Positions 13,501 through 25,657 of a DNA stretch of 64,000 nt are shown one piece after another. Numbering within the stretch: position 1 is the stretch's first letter; each line of letters starts with the position of its first letter. The notes under the pieces were generated by a model. The model was not told the origin of the DNA. It did no database searches and saw only the letters and a program-made list of their open reading frames with translations. The stretch lies in the NCBI GenBank assembly GCA_965287045.1, contig OZ336882.1, positions 31,930,001 to 31,994,000 of the forward strand, read 5' to 3'. Origin of the DNA: Carcharhinus amblyrhynchos. Taxonomy: Eukaryota. Position numbers and translations under genes: made by a program.

Positions 13501-13556
13501 TTAACTGTAGACCTCCTAACATCACCTACCCTCGCACCCTCCCCCCCCCTAATTAG
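10508..13556 (-). mobile_element. Young CR1 LINE, 5'-truncated near the ORF1/ORF2 boundary, with intact ORF2
   Basis: Contains the 936-aa ORF, a 3' UTR and a (TTCTTATG)n tail at 10508-10530. Both junctions are defined by the empty-site copy at 14238-14383. Confidence 0.95.
10608..13418 (-). CDS. CR1 ORF2: APE endonuclease plus reverse transcriptase
   Basis: YLNARS, ITETW, GDFN, LDLV and SDH endonuclease motifs; KSPGPDG, NYRPVSLTS, FLDFQKAFDKV, GVPQGSVLGP and FADDTK RT motifs; no stops. The frame is also open for 48 codons upstream of the ATG, to 13562. Confidence 0.96.
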   Translation of the reverse strand: MKALYLNARSIRNKVDELVAQIDTNGYDLVAITETWLQGDRDWEMNVQGYQVFRKDRQEERGGGVALLIKDSIKVVARDDIGAKEQKVESLWVEIRNSKGRKTLVGVVYRPPNNDLEVGRAVNAQISAACRNGTAVVMGDFNLHIDWSTHVGRGGLEEEFLECCRDSFLEQCVLEPTRERAILDLVLCNEAGRIRDLEVKDPLGESDHCMVEFLLQMEEEKVGSRTRVLCLNRGEYGRMREELANVDWGSALEGRSAEEQWRIFKEIFLGAQQKFIPMVKKDSRKRGNKPWITKEVKESVKLKAEEFRVAKSSGREEDWERFKCQQRLTKKLIKEGRRSYEAGLALNIKKDSKSFYKYIKRKRLARVNVGPLADEKGDLVVGDGDMAEVLNNFFVSVFTEEDVNNLPGVSDGKVVGLEGLNDITVTREVVRDRLEGLIVDKSPGPDGMHPRVLKEMAEVIVDALVVIFQTSLDSGEVPGDWKKANVTPLFKKGARQKAGNYRPVSLTSVVGKMLESVIKEEIARHLEGNCLIGQTQHGFIKGKSCLTNLLEFYEDVSRAVDRGEPVDVVFLDFQKAFDKVPHKRLLQKVRGHGVGGRVLAWIEDWLSNRRQRVGVNGCYSDWRLVTSGVPQGSVLGPQLFTIYIDDLEEGTECRVSKFADDTKIGGKANCAEGVESLQKDLDRLGEWARKWQMEFNVGKCEVVHFGRKNGRKDYYLRGEKLQQATVQRDLGVLVHESQKPSLQVQQVVRKANGMLAFIARGIEYKSREVLLQLYRALVRPQLEYCVQFWAPHLRKDILALEGVQRRFTRLIPELRGLSYEERLNKLGLYSLEFRRMRGDLIETYKMMNGMDRIEVERLFPLKKDSRTRGHSLKIKGGQFRTELRRNFFTQRVVNLWNSLPVEVVEAASLNIFKKRVDGFLIREGIKGYGERAGKWN

Positions 13557-14237
13557 TCCTGCCTAACATTGCTGGGTAAGTAATCAAGTAAATAAGTATG
13601 AACTGTCCGAAGTCTCCAAGTCTATTTCAGAGTTGGAGACTCTTTCCGAGGATTCTGGGGAGCAGGGGAATGGTCCATTGAAAGTTCAAACTTCACGGGC
13701 AATTTCCACAGAGTCAATGCATTGGAATTTCCAAGGAGTCCCAATGTGCATTTGGGAGATACATCCAGTATCCCACTGTCCTGAGACTGGGGGGAAGATC
13801 CAGACCTCTTAACTTACCATTATTGTTTTGCCAAAATACGCTTCTTGTTGAAAAAAACTTCCATCAGAACACACATGCAAAGAGCAGGTAGTAAATTTGC
13901 TATGGTTAAGTATTCTTTTTCAGAAATGCATTAGCTTTCAGAGAAGGCGATCCCTGACGAGCGAGCGAGGAAGCCAGTGAGTGAGTGAGAGAGAGAGATG
14001 GATGACAAATCTATTTAGCTAATACATTATTGTTTTACAGAATCAAGAAGTAATATTTTTGCATGAAAATAGTGGGGACAAAGGTCTGGAGGTGACACAA
14101 GTTGAATGTGAAAAAGACAAAAGTGATTTTGGGAGTCATGGCAGATTTACAAAGGATGGTTCTATGCAATCATCACTGTTGTAAAATATTTGTTGAAGTG
14201 AAGCCACACAAGCAATTTCGGGGTATGATTGAATTAA

Positions 14238-14383
14238 CAGAGAATATATGTAATTTAGTTATCTAGGAGATAGACTAGGGTTTTCCTGCCTAACATTGCT
14301 GGGTAAGTAATCAAGTAAGTAAGTATGAACTGTCCGAAGTCTCCAAACCTAATTCAGAGTTGGAGACTCTTTCTGAGGATTCT
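14238..14383 (+). repeat. 146-bp direct repeat; the second copy is split as 10460-10507 plus 13557-13656
   Basis: Near-identical sequence cagagaatatatgtaatttag..ggttttc|ctgcctaacattgc..gaggattct. Confidence 0.92.
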
Positions 14384-15089
14384 AATTTCTCTAAAATTAT
14401 TGAATGTAAACATATTCTTGTAATAGCTGAAAAATTATAATGTATTAATTTGTGCGGCCTTGATAGAAAGAATTGAATAGAAACCTGAACAGCAAAACCA
14501 AAGGCCGACTTCATTATGCATCCAAATCTCACTCTCGCAAAACAATATAATATGCCTAATATTAACTTATTTTACTCAGACAAGCAGACAGAATGCACAG
14601 CATTAGAAACCAAAAGCACTTGATAGTTACAATGAAGGTGTGTTTTGTCAAGGACTAAGAAATGCTCTGCATTTTAACAAGAGCATTAGTACGCTAGGCA
14701 TGGGATTCTGTATAACCAATTGTTTCAGGGGATCAAATCCTCACCAAGTAATCAGTTTGAAAGCCAAACTATTCACACAAGTCAACTCCTGACATATTCC
14801 CACAAAATACTTAATTCCACTTAAACTGTTTCCAATTTACATCAAATATAAAGAATTTGGCACTAACATAATGTTTTTTTGCCAATCAGTAAGTTTAATA
14901 CACATAAGAAATACGTTTAAATCCACCCTTAATCTGGACCTAGGGGCAATGGCACAATATAGACAGCTAAGCTGCTTTTATATCACAAACAATGTTTGAC
15001 TTTACTCATTTAACCATTAATATTTTGAGCCTTACCCGAATATCAAAGTTTCAGATGCATTAACCTGCATTTAAAAAAAAATCACACAA

Positions 15090-15260
15090 AGCTCTCCCAA
15101 TGGTTCAAGTTGGTAGACGAACCACATAATGTGCCAGTGAGCTATGCTCATCGTAAAGGTCTCAGGCTTAACCACTTGCCTGCGTGGAGTTCGCTGATCT
15201 CAGCCAGGATAGTGGTGAGCTATTATAATTGGCTTTGAAGAGAAGAAAATAGCCCAGTAA
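15090..15260 (+). mobile_element. Ancient SINE-like remnant
   Basis: tggttcaagttggtag head-like motif and gagttcgctgatctcagcc body. Family not determined. Confidence 0.4.
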
Positions 15261-15681
15261 TACCACTGAACTGAACAACATCTGTCTGACAGAGTGATAC
15301 ATAAAAAAATGTTCGCTCAGAACAGAAAATGAATTTGTAATATGTCTTATTTGTTACTAAAGCAAGGTCAAAAGTCACATTATCCATTCCTTTCAAAAGC
15401 CAAAGATATACCCTGGTTTTGAGTTGCTGAGAAAAGATTGGCACTGTAGCAAGCTTCTATATTTGTATTGGTTTGAACATTTTCATATTCATACACCACA
15501 GTATTGAGTGTCATTAATTTGGCCATATTCTCTCCATCTAACAAAAATAAGCTTTAAACATTTCAGTCCTGCAAAAGTCTGAGCTTACAATGTAATGCTT
15601 TGTAAAAGAAAAATACATCACAAACTACATATTGCTTTATTTTAAACAGAAAATACAATCTACCTCAGTGAACAAAATGTT

Positions 15682-16706
15682 GGTCAGGATTCTCCAGGTT
15701 GATTTGTTACAGCCAGGAATCTCTTTGGCCCATTGAATTTTATGAGAGAGCCAAATAAGGATTCCTGCTGGATGTTCAGCCCCAGCCTCCCAGCCACTGC
15801 CATGGAAATCAGGTTCTCACCTATTGCGGGCAAGCTCCACTACCCCCCCCAGCCAATCCTCAGAGCTGGAAGTCCCACGGGTGCCAATAATTAATCCTGG
15901 TCCATAAGAGCATGGACCTGGTGCAATGGGCTCTACAGAAGAGGACTAGAAGGGGTGTGAGAGGGAACTGCAGTTTCCAACTGTGTTCCTGTTTCCTTCT
16001 GCTGCTGACTGTTGCAGGGAGGGATTCCCTCAAGGGACCTGGGTTTGTAGGGCTGTGATGAGATGGGAGGGTGATAAGAGATGGACCCCTGGGATAGTGG
16101 TCTAGTGGCTGCACTTTGTTGCTCTGGAAAAAGTGGTTTCAATCTCAGGATGGTGATTTCTGGCACTGTTCTGGTAGAGATATTTATCACCATCACTGTC
16201 CTTTAAAATCTTTGAAGTGGCCTGATTACATTAAAAATCATGCCCTGTGCACCCGGAAGCCTTCAAAACCTCATCAATGCTGTTCCACAATAGGGATTGG
16301 CCCTGGTTAATGGCATGGGCAACAGGTGTTAAATAACCTCTTTAAAGTGCTCTTAAAGAAAGGACCGATCGGTTTTACCAAGAAGATCCCCTTGCTGTTT
16401 CTTATAAGGCCCAGCTGCTTTGAATCCCTTCAAAGTGCTTTGATTGACAGCAGGTTGAGTTGCAGGGTGCTGGGGGCAGGGCCTTCAGGAGGCCTGAGGA
16501 AACTCCAGCTCAGAGTGTCTTTTGGGGAAGGGTGGCTGTATCTGAACACTGACATTGGGTGCCCCTTCTGTAAAGCAAGGCTGGCCAGCTTGTTTTGTGG
16601 CATGCATACATTCAAATGATGAAGGTGGGCGAATCCCACCTGACAGGCACTGCTAATGCAAGCAGGGAACACTGATTTTCCCTGAGTTCAGACAGGAGAA
16701 TCGCAC
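15682..16706. mobile_element. Putative non-autonomous DNA element
   Basis: Ends ggtcaggattctcc and ggagaatcgcact; GC-rich against AT-rich flanks. Confidence 0.55.
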
Positions 16707-19700
16707 TGGTTAATTGCGTAACTTACATGATCACACAGGACAGTACAATACAAAAGAAATCCTGCTTCTGTCAGTGGCAAGACATGGAGGAGAAGAAAGG
16801 AGCTTGTTTCTTTTTAAGTGTCAATAATTTCAATTAAACCGTAGGATTCTATTGGCTAAAGGCAGAATTCTTGCTAACATTTTATCCTTCATTCATTAAG
16901 AAAATGTTGGCACAAGTATAAGGTACAGAAATGCACTTTAATCTCACGCCAACTGTTCTAATAACATTGGCAAACTAAGGAAAACACACCACTTGATTCA
17001 AAACTCCAATTCATAAGGGAGCATTAGAAAAGAAAACTAGCATTCGAACACAACTTCCCAAATTATATGGAAGGATATACTACCCAGTAATGGAGCTGAC
17101 TGCGGAAAGATTTTCACCTGAAAATTTGCACAGGAAATCCAAGTGACTAAATTTTGGACAATAAATCTGTGTCTAACAAAATGAATTCTTCCCAGATTGC
17201 AATTAGCAGAACACTACACAGATGTTAAATATTTAAAAAGAGTAGGTTATAACAGGTGTAATACATTATTATTTTTAATTATACGTGCACAGAATAATAG
17301 GTGTCTGACAACACGTTAATCAAATTGGAGGTTATCAAACTTGCAAGAATGGAATTCACTAGATTTGCAAAATTAAATTGCTGCTTTAAATTTCAGATCA
17401 AACATGTTTGTTATTAAATACAAATATTTATGTTGAACAAAATAGACACAGTCTGACATTGTTGCAAGAGTGATAGAACACAGTATTACTGGACTAATCC
17501 TCTGGTTCTCCAATACACAATTTTAGCCAAAGGCATGTGAAAAGAAACAAAAAATCAGTTTCTTCTGTAAGAGGCCAGAGACAATTGAAAGCTTTTCTTT
17601 TTCTGCACACCGCAGAATGGAACACACCAGTAGCAAGTATTATGGGATGTTTGATTAGAAAAACAATTACATATTCTGGTTGAATGTTCCAGTTTCCTTT
17701 TTTCGGCAATCACCAAAGATAACCTTCCAGAATCTAAGATGGACTTGGATTCAGCTAATACCATGTGTTAATCAAGGCAAAGCCAGTTGGAAAAGGATCT
17801 GACTTCAATTCTAACTGAAGCTTTGCATAAGTAACAAGGGGAGACATATTCAAAATGATTTTCCCCCGTGAAGGATGGCTTATATATGTTGTACCTCACA
17901 TCATTATTTTAAGAGATATCAATCCTAATACTCTGGCTTGCTTTCAAAATTCTGTACAGGTACACTGTAATAATCTGCTTTTTGTCACAATCAATCTTAT
18001 ATGAGACTTATAATCATTCTGAAATTTGTTGGAGTTGTTTTGGAAGTGATTAACCTGCACATTTTCCACAGGTAATCAAAGAGCAATCATTAAGTGAGAA
18101 ACCATTATGGCTACTTAAATGTCACTCTATTCATCAATTGTCTAGTAACAGTTTACGATCTTAAAAAAAACTTGAAAGTGGGTAGACATGGCAACCAAAA
18201 TGATACTAGCACCACATTATGAATTACAATTTAATAAATACAAATATTTCATCATACATGCTATTCTTGAAATTTGAAATGAATCTACTGCAGTCTGAAC
18301 ACACTGTGCTTCTCATCCAAGTGAGTGGGGGATTCTCCACCTGCAAGTATTTTTGACATCTCTGCACATGGTGGTTATTTCTGTACCTGAATCATATATC
18401 CATTTCATTTCTATTACTAATGTTCTAATTTTAAACAGGTATTTTTATAACTGACTGATGCACACACTAAGCTTAACACCACTCTACTCTGAAAAATGAC
18501 AGTGCATGAATGGAGCAGCTTCCCTCCTGAAGAGGTTAACATATAGATTTAATCCTAGATTTTCACAGAATAGTGGGAACTGCATACTTTAGCCAAATAG
18601 CCAAAATGGTACCCAGATGCCAGATTCAGAAATCCCATCCCCATTTCCAACAAATCCTACTTTCACTGTCGGGATGGGGGAGCAGGTGTCATTCACACAT
18701 GGGAGAAACCTAAACCCATCAGGGCTAACTGAACCCTACGCTGAGTTCAAACAGAGCCCATTTTTACTGGAGCAAGGTCCATTTCCCTTAGTGTGTGGTT
18801 TAGGATTGTTAAGATGTGAATGTGCATAAAAGTGGATAAAGTCTCTGCAACTGTCAAGCTCTCAAGTGATGTAAATACCTGCTCTTTATATTTCAAAATA
18901 AAACAGCCTGCTCTGTCTCTGAGTTGAAAAAAAGTCAGTATTTACAATTTCAGCAGCTGTTTGTTGGCATAAGCCTGAGAGTTATCATTAGTTTTATTAT
19001 TACTTAACTGCTTCCATGACCTATAGTTATCACAGTGGGAGGCCCGTAAGCCCACAGTTTGACAGCTCAAGCAGGTTATTAAAGGATGAGCTCTCTTTGA
19101 TGTGGGGGAACGAATACAAACGTTTGTTTTTTTAGGGGAGTTAACATTGTGGTGGGCAGCCTATCAGGGTTCCAACTGTGATCCACAAGATGTTTTGTTG
19201 ACAGAGTAAGTGCAGAGTTTGAGAGAGAGCATGGAGCCAAGAGGACAAAAGAATGCGAAAAGGAGCAAGAGTGAGAATACAGCCTGGTGGCAAAAGGGTG
19301 TGGGAAAGTGCGACACTGAAAGTGGAGCCTGGAGAGATACAAAGGCATGGGAAAGACAAGGCTGAGAGTGGAGCAATTGACAGGGGAGTATTTTATTTGT
19401 TTTCCTCATTTATCTTTAAACACTTTTACAATATATTTTAAACTGTAAAGTTTTCTTCACAGTTTTTGTAACAACAGTAGTAAAGATGTATCAAAAAAAG
19501 TAAGTAAATATGAATAAATAAAACAAAAACCTAAAGCATATATGTGTAATTAGAAATGTATAACATTTAGCTGTAGCTGGTACTAGCTTTGACAAGCACA
19601 GTAAATTATAAAATACAATTGGGTTTAAATATTTCTCCCATTTGAAGATGATGACAGTTCTATTAATACAAGAATGATTTAGGTTTTTATGCAGCTCATT

Positions 19701-19857
19701 ATGAAATATTTGGTGTGTATTAAATGTATTTAATTTTATTCATGGGGTTGTGCTTAGAGTACGTTGCCAATTTCAACCTTGCTTCCCACTGCGAAGAAGG
19801 AAGGCCAATCATGCTACCCAGTCACTAACTGCCTAGGTTGTCCAACATTGGATTAAG

Positions 19858-20047
19858 TTAAATTAAAGTCACCATAATCCTAGATGACCATATTTAACCT
19901 AAGAATCACCACACTTCAGGCAAGGGGCAAGGCTGAGAAGATGGGCCTTCATGAATAACCTCAGCTGATACAGGAATTGAACCCACGTTGTTGCTGTTGT
20001 TCCGCATTACAAACCAGCTGTTCAGCCAAGTGAGCTATCGATCCCCC
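19858..20047 (-). mobile_element. tRNA-derived SINE
   Basis: Minus strand: A box tagctcacttgg, B box ggttcaattcc, short body, simple tail. Confidence 0.7.
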
Positions 20048-20924
20048 AACTGAATTAAGTACTTGAAGGAATTCATATCTTTGAATGGGCCTTTATCAAT
20101 GAGAAGATTATTTTAATACAGTGAAGTCTATAATAAAAACTTAGAACTTAATTTTATTTCATCTCAGCAGAACTGTTGAACAGTGAATACTGGGGGAGTT
20201 GACGTGGAGGGTGAAAGGGCAAAATACTTTAGAGGCCTAAATTGGCATTAAGTTGGCAAAGGGACTTTAGAGGCTAATTGGGTGGGTGGAGAGGTACATA
20301 GATTAGCAAGGAGGGAATGGGGGTGCCATGAAGTAGTTGGGAGGAGGGGGTGCAGTGACGTGAGGGCTAAATGGCCTAACTACTTTCATTACAACAGGAA
20401 CCAAGTCCCAGAGCACCAAGGTGAGCTTTTAAACAGTCACCTTAGTACTTGGCATCCCTTGTTGTTGATTCCAAATGTTTCTGAGGGTGCAGTACCGACT
20501 CCTATATGTACCTGCACCCACAGAATGAAAATCCTTCCATTCAAGGCCATTTCTTCCAACACAGGTGCACTGAACCAGGAATTTTCCTAATTCTATGCAC
20601 TGTCTTGGAGGCAAAAATCCTGGCCGGAGTTCCACAAACTTTACGTATTTGCAACTGCTTATTACAAAAGCCACTTACTGACTTACATGGATTTGATAGA
20701 CATTTCAACAGAATTTCGAATAAATATATATCACTTTCCAGAGAGAAACAACCATGAAAATGACAAGTTTTTCTGCCCACACAATGCTCAAAGCACTCAG
20801 TATAAGTAAAATCAATTTGAACTGCACTGATAATGGACAACACAATTAAAGAACATTCAACAGTGCAATGCAGTTGTCATATCTCCCTTCAACTGAATGA
20901 AAACTATAGATCATACTGGAAATT

Positions 20925-21370
20925 CAACATGCATTAATGATCTAGAGGCAAATGTGGGAGGTATAATCAGTAGGTTTGCAGATCACATGAAAATTGGTGC
21001 TGTGGAATTTAATTCTGAAAAGGATGAGGAGATGCATTTTGGGTGGACTAACAAGGCAAGGGAATACACAATGAACAGTAAGATATTTGGAAGAAAGACC
21101 TTGGAGTGCATGTCCAAAGATCCCTGAAAGCTGCAGGACAGGTAGATAGGGTAGTTAAGAAAGCATGTGGAACACTTGCCTTTATTGGCCAAGGCATAGA
21201 GCAGGGAGGTTACGATAGAGCTGTATAAAATGCTCGTTAAGCCACAGCTGGACTACTGTGTGCAATTCTGACCACCACAATATAGGAAGGATGTGATTGC
21301 ATTAGAAAGGATGCAGAGGAGATTTACCAGGACGTTGCCTGTGCAGGAGCATTTCAGTTTTGAAGAACTA
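20925..21370 (+). mobile_element. Old CR1 RT fragment
   Basis: ORF 20897-21127 INDLEANVGGIISRFADHMKIG. Confidence 0.8.
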
Positions 21371-23079
21371 GCCTCTCTTTAGCATTCTGAAAGGTATGTG
21401 AAGCACAAGCACGTTTCTTGCATTTTTAATTAAATACATGTTATATAAAAATTAAAACAGATACTTCTATTTTCAAAACCATTCTTCCTCTTGTGAATTT
21501 TTCACTATAAACGCCTACTTCAACATTTATGACAGAAATTGTCTATAAACATATACTGCAAGGGCATCCTTCCACCAATGGTAATGTAGCATCTCTGTTT
21601 CGCATTTTCCAACTCAGACAACATTTAGCTCCAACTAACATGAATTCTATCCTTCTCAAAATCATGTTTCCTACAATTTACCAATAACTATAAAATCTAG
21701 GCATTATATTAAGAAAATTGCAAAACTTGTTTTAAAATGGACAGTGAATTACATCTATGTACTGTGATCTAATGTTTCCTCCTTTGGCCCTCCAACAACA
21801 CTTAAGACTACACTTGATTTTGGCATCTATCGTCACTTTAGAACAGAAAGAAAATAAAGTTGATTTTTCAAATGAAAATTGCAAAGTGATCAACACTACT
21901 CTTCTGAAAAATTACTATTTGAGTGCGAGTGGTAGAGCTGTTGAGATTATTTAAATATGTTGTGAAATCCAATCGTACATGTGCCATCAAGAACTTATAC
22001 TTTCATAACAATCCTCACAAAGGCAAACATTTTAAAACACTAGATAGAGAGGCGGAGGTAAAGCAAAAAAGTGAAAGAAATGAATAGGATGGGATAGTGA
22101 GCTTCAGGGAACAGTGCAGTTACAAATTATTTTCATAAGGTTTTGAAAGAAAAGAGAGCAATGGAAATTTGGTTATGATTCTGGAAAATAAATTTAGAGA
22201 GAGTGACATAGTTACTGAAGCATTGATCTCAGATGGTGCACTGCACAATAACTTGGAGTTTTGCTGCAGTCACTTGAATAACCAAGCTGCTAAAACTGTT
22301 TTGACAGATAAGCATGTTCCTTTATCTTGTGGGTTGTATCGACAACCAAACCACTTGCATCTTTCACTGGCCAGTGTCAGAAAATGTTATTTATTTAACC
22401 TATATTTAGCCAAGTAAGTCAATTCTCATTTACAATAACAACCTGGTCAAGAGGCTAACATTGCTGCAATAGGAACTACACAACAATACAATTCATTTAA
22501 ACAGTAAAAACAATAAAATACAAAATAGTAGTGAGCTGGATTTGTTTAAAATCGGACAAATAACAAATAATCATAACAGATACAAAAAACAAACCAAAGT
22601 GCTCTCATTCACCACCTTGGAATCTTGGAAAGTGCCATCACCAGTGCTGCTGTTCCTTGGAGCCGCTGCCAGTTCCAGTGAAAACACAGCATGTACTGTT
22701 TATATCTCTGGGTCAAATTTTGTGTCCATCGAAGGATATCACTTTTCTACTTTTATCAGTTAATCACAATCATCACCAAGCACTCACAGGTCAAGAGTCA
22801 CACAACAAAGAGTGCTGCTCTCTCTAGACTGTTCCAAAAATGAATGCCAGTCCAAGCTGAGATGAGTATCCTCTACAGCCTCACTGGCATTTCCATTTTC
22901 CCATTACAGCCACCTTTTTCAGCCCAAATGAAAAACGGTAAAGAATGGGAAGTTCTGTGTCATGCACAACCTCTCCCAGTAAAAAAAAATTAATACGACC
23001 ACATTGAACTTTTTAAAAGGTAAATCTAGCTAATTCATAGTTAGACCCATAATGTCATATGCTAACAATAACCTGAATT

Positions 23080-23720
23080 TATATAACACCTGTAATATAT
23101 TTAAACTTTCCATGACTCTTAATAAAAATTTACACCAAGCCAAAGAAACAAAGTATTAAAACAGGTGACAAAAAGCTTGACAAAAGAGGTGGGTTTTAAG
23201 AAGCGTCTTTAAAGAACAGAGATATAGAGACAGAGATGATTGATGATGGATAGGATAGAGGTGGAGAGACTCTTCCCGCTCAGAAAGGATAGTAGGACTA
23301 CGGGGCATAGCCTCAAGATAAAGGGGGGGCGGTTTAGAACGGAGTTGAGGAGGAACTTCTTCACTCAAAGGGTGGTGAATCTCTGGAATTCTCTGCCCGT
23401 TGAAGTGGTGGAGGCTGCCTCGCTAAATATTGTTAAGACGCGGGTTGATGGGTTTTTGATGAGAGAGGGGATTAAGGGTTATGGGGAGAGGGCGGGAATG
23501 TGGAACTGAGCCATGACAGATCAGCCATGATCTTATTGAATGGCGGGGCAGGCTCGAAGGGCTAGTTGGCCTACTCCTGCTCCTATTTCTTATGTTCTTA
23601 TGTTCTTAGGACAAATTCCAGAGTTGGGGCTAAAGCAGTCACCAGTGGCAGCACAATGGAAATGGGGGATTATACCAAATTGCAGAGATAGGAAGAACTG
23701 AAGCCATGTGGGGTTTGAAA
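23080..23720 (-). mobile_element. L2-like 3' end split by the young CR1
   Basis: aagaggtgggttttaagaagcgtctttaaag before the insert and aaattccagagttggggctaaagcag after it. Confidence 0.6.
23245..23608 (+). mobile_element. Young CR1 3' fragment
   Basis: ORF 23240-23509 matches the ORF2 C-terminus; ends in (ttcttatg)n; inserted in an L2-like 3' end. Confidence 0.93.
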
Positions 23721-24069
23721 ATGGAATTTTTTAAAAAATCAAGAACTGCTGGAGACTATTACACATTTATTAAAAGTGTGTAATGTTCCACCTGTTCTCG
23801 GTTTCTAATGAAATAATAAACAGTTCATTAGCTGTGAGGTAGCAGTGCTAACCACTGTGCCACTCTCCGGAGGCCAGGTCTGAAGTGTTTGTGACAGATG
23901 TGACCAGATTCACACACAGTAAAAACACACTCCACCTACTTACATCAATGGATCATCTTACATGATTGTTAGCTACCCTTGAGCATGCTAAGTAGCTGAC
24001 TTGGTCAAAGCCTGCCCATTCATCTAAATTCTGGCTAAACTTAACAAAATTCGCTGGACCTGACTGTTT

Positions 24070-24360
24070 ACCTCACAGCCCCGGGGACTAAGTTCAATTC
24101 CAGCCTCAGTTAACTGCCTGTGTAGAGTTTGCACATTCTCTCCGTGTCTGCATGGGTTTCCATCAGTGCTCCAGTTTCCTCCCACAGGCCAAAGGTGTGC
24201 AGTAAGGTCGATTGGCCATCCGAAATTGCCCCTTAGTGTCCCAAGATGTGTGGGTTAGGGGGATTAGCAGAGGTTATAGTGATAGGGTCTGAATGGGATT
24301 GTTGTCGGTGCAGACTCAATGGGCCAAATGGCCTCCTTCTGCACTGATGGGTTTCTATGG
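24070..24360 (+). mobile_element. HE1-type V-SINE
   Basis: B box agttcaattcc, V domain, CR1-type tail gggccaaatggcctccttctgcactg. Confidence 0.88.
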
Positions 24361-25657
24361 TCTTAAGATTTTTCTTCAATCCGCCTTCAAATTAATTGAA
24401 GCAATACATGTGCAGCTAACACTAATATTCAGGTCAGATGAAATAGTACCTCTTGAGTTAGACTGCCTCGTAGTTCAATTGTGGCAATTTAGGCATTCCC
24501 CACATGCCGATTTGTTAGGCCACTATGGGAATAAATAGCACTATCAAAGAATATTTAAACCCTGGTATTTACTGCAAATTTTTTGTTGCAGCTCATGAAA
24601 ATTCTCCTAGCTCTAAAATACTTACTGATTTTGTTGCTGAAACTAATAGTTATCAAGGACTGAAATGACAAGAAATTAACATGGCCATAAAAACTAACCA
24701 GTTACACCCAGAAACAGGCTTATTTTGATATCTTTGCAACACCAGGACTCAAACTATTAGCTCTGTATAAAGTGCACAGTTATTTTTATAGTTAACAGCA
24801 CACACCATCTGCAGACACTCCCTGAAGCGCACTTAGAAGTTTTTAGCCTTCATGTTTCCACTTGCTTAGTAACACGCATCAGAAAAGAAAGGTAGCATCC
24901 ATTAAATAAAAACATGCATTTACATATACTTTTCACAATCACCACACATCTCAAAGTGCAATTAAGTACTTGTCTTTTAATTGCAGTCACTATTATAATG
25001 CAGGAAGCGTGGCACCAATTTTCTGCAAACTTCCATCAGCAGCAATATGATAATGACCAGAAAATCTGCATCATACATGGAAATCTAAAGCACACTGACC
25101 CCACCTGTAACATACAACTCCATTAAAAAAGGGTCTTCAAAGTCGTAATACATATGAGAAGTGAACCATTTTCAGCAACTATATAGAAACTTACTAACTT
25201 TGCTTTTAGAGTGATAAATGTAACTGTTGCTGCAATGTTCATTTATGTCTGCTGAAACTTTTCTTGTGGCAACTAAGAGAATCAAGCTGAACTCTGGGCT
25301 TCACACATTTGAAACATGTACAAAATCTGCAGGTTGTTCAACTTTTAAAATATTAAATCTTCATTTAAAAATAGAGTTAATGTGTCCTGTTTAATACATA
25401 ATGGTTATAAAGAAGTAATGCTAATTTGCAGTTTTATTCAGGAAAATTAAACTGTTTGATCTTGTTTGTACAGAGAAGCTGTAATCCAGCCGAAGAGTTA
25501 ATTTCCTCAAGTGACTTCAATGTTCAGAAGGAATGGCTGTTCTCCATTGAGAAAGTAGATGCAGCCATCCAAACACTGACCTTCAAGTGATACAGAAAAC
25601 TGATGGCTGACTGCACAGCATTCTAACTTTTTTAACTATCTTGCTAAGGTTAATTTA

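Noticed and set aside
10753-13556. Plus-strand ORFs overlapping CR1 ORF2 (for example 12969-13556)
   Set aside because: Antisense shadows of the LINE coding sequence, with no independent features.
13955-13975. ctgacga as a hammerhead core, or gagcgaggaagc as vector sequence
   Set aside because: No helix II plus GAAA follows, and the vector-like match is too short to be meaningful.
22610-22695. Possible alternative first exon on minus (MLCFHWNWQR..)
   Set aside because: Short ORF ending in a stop; candidate donors are not in the phase required by ARHGAP26.
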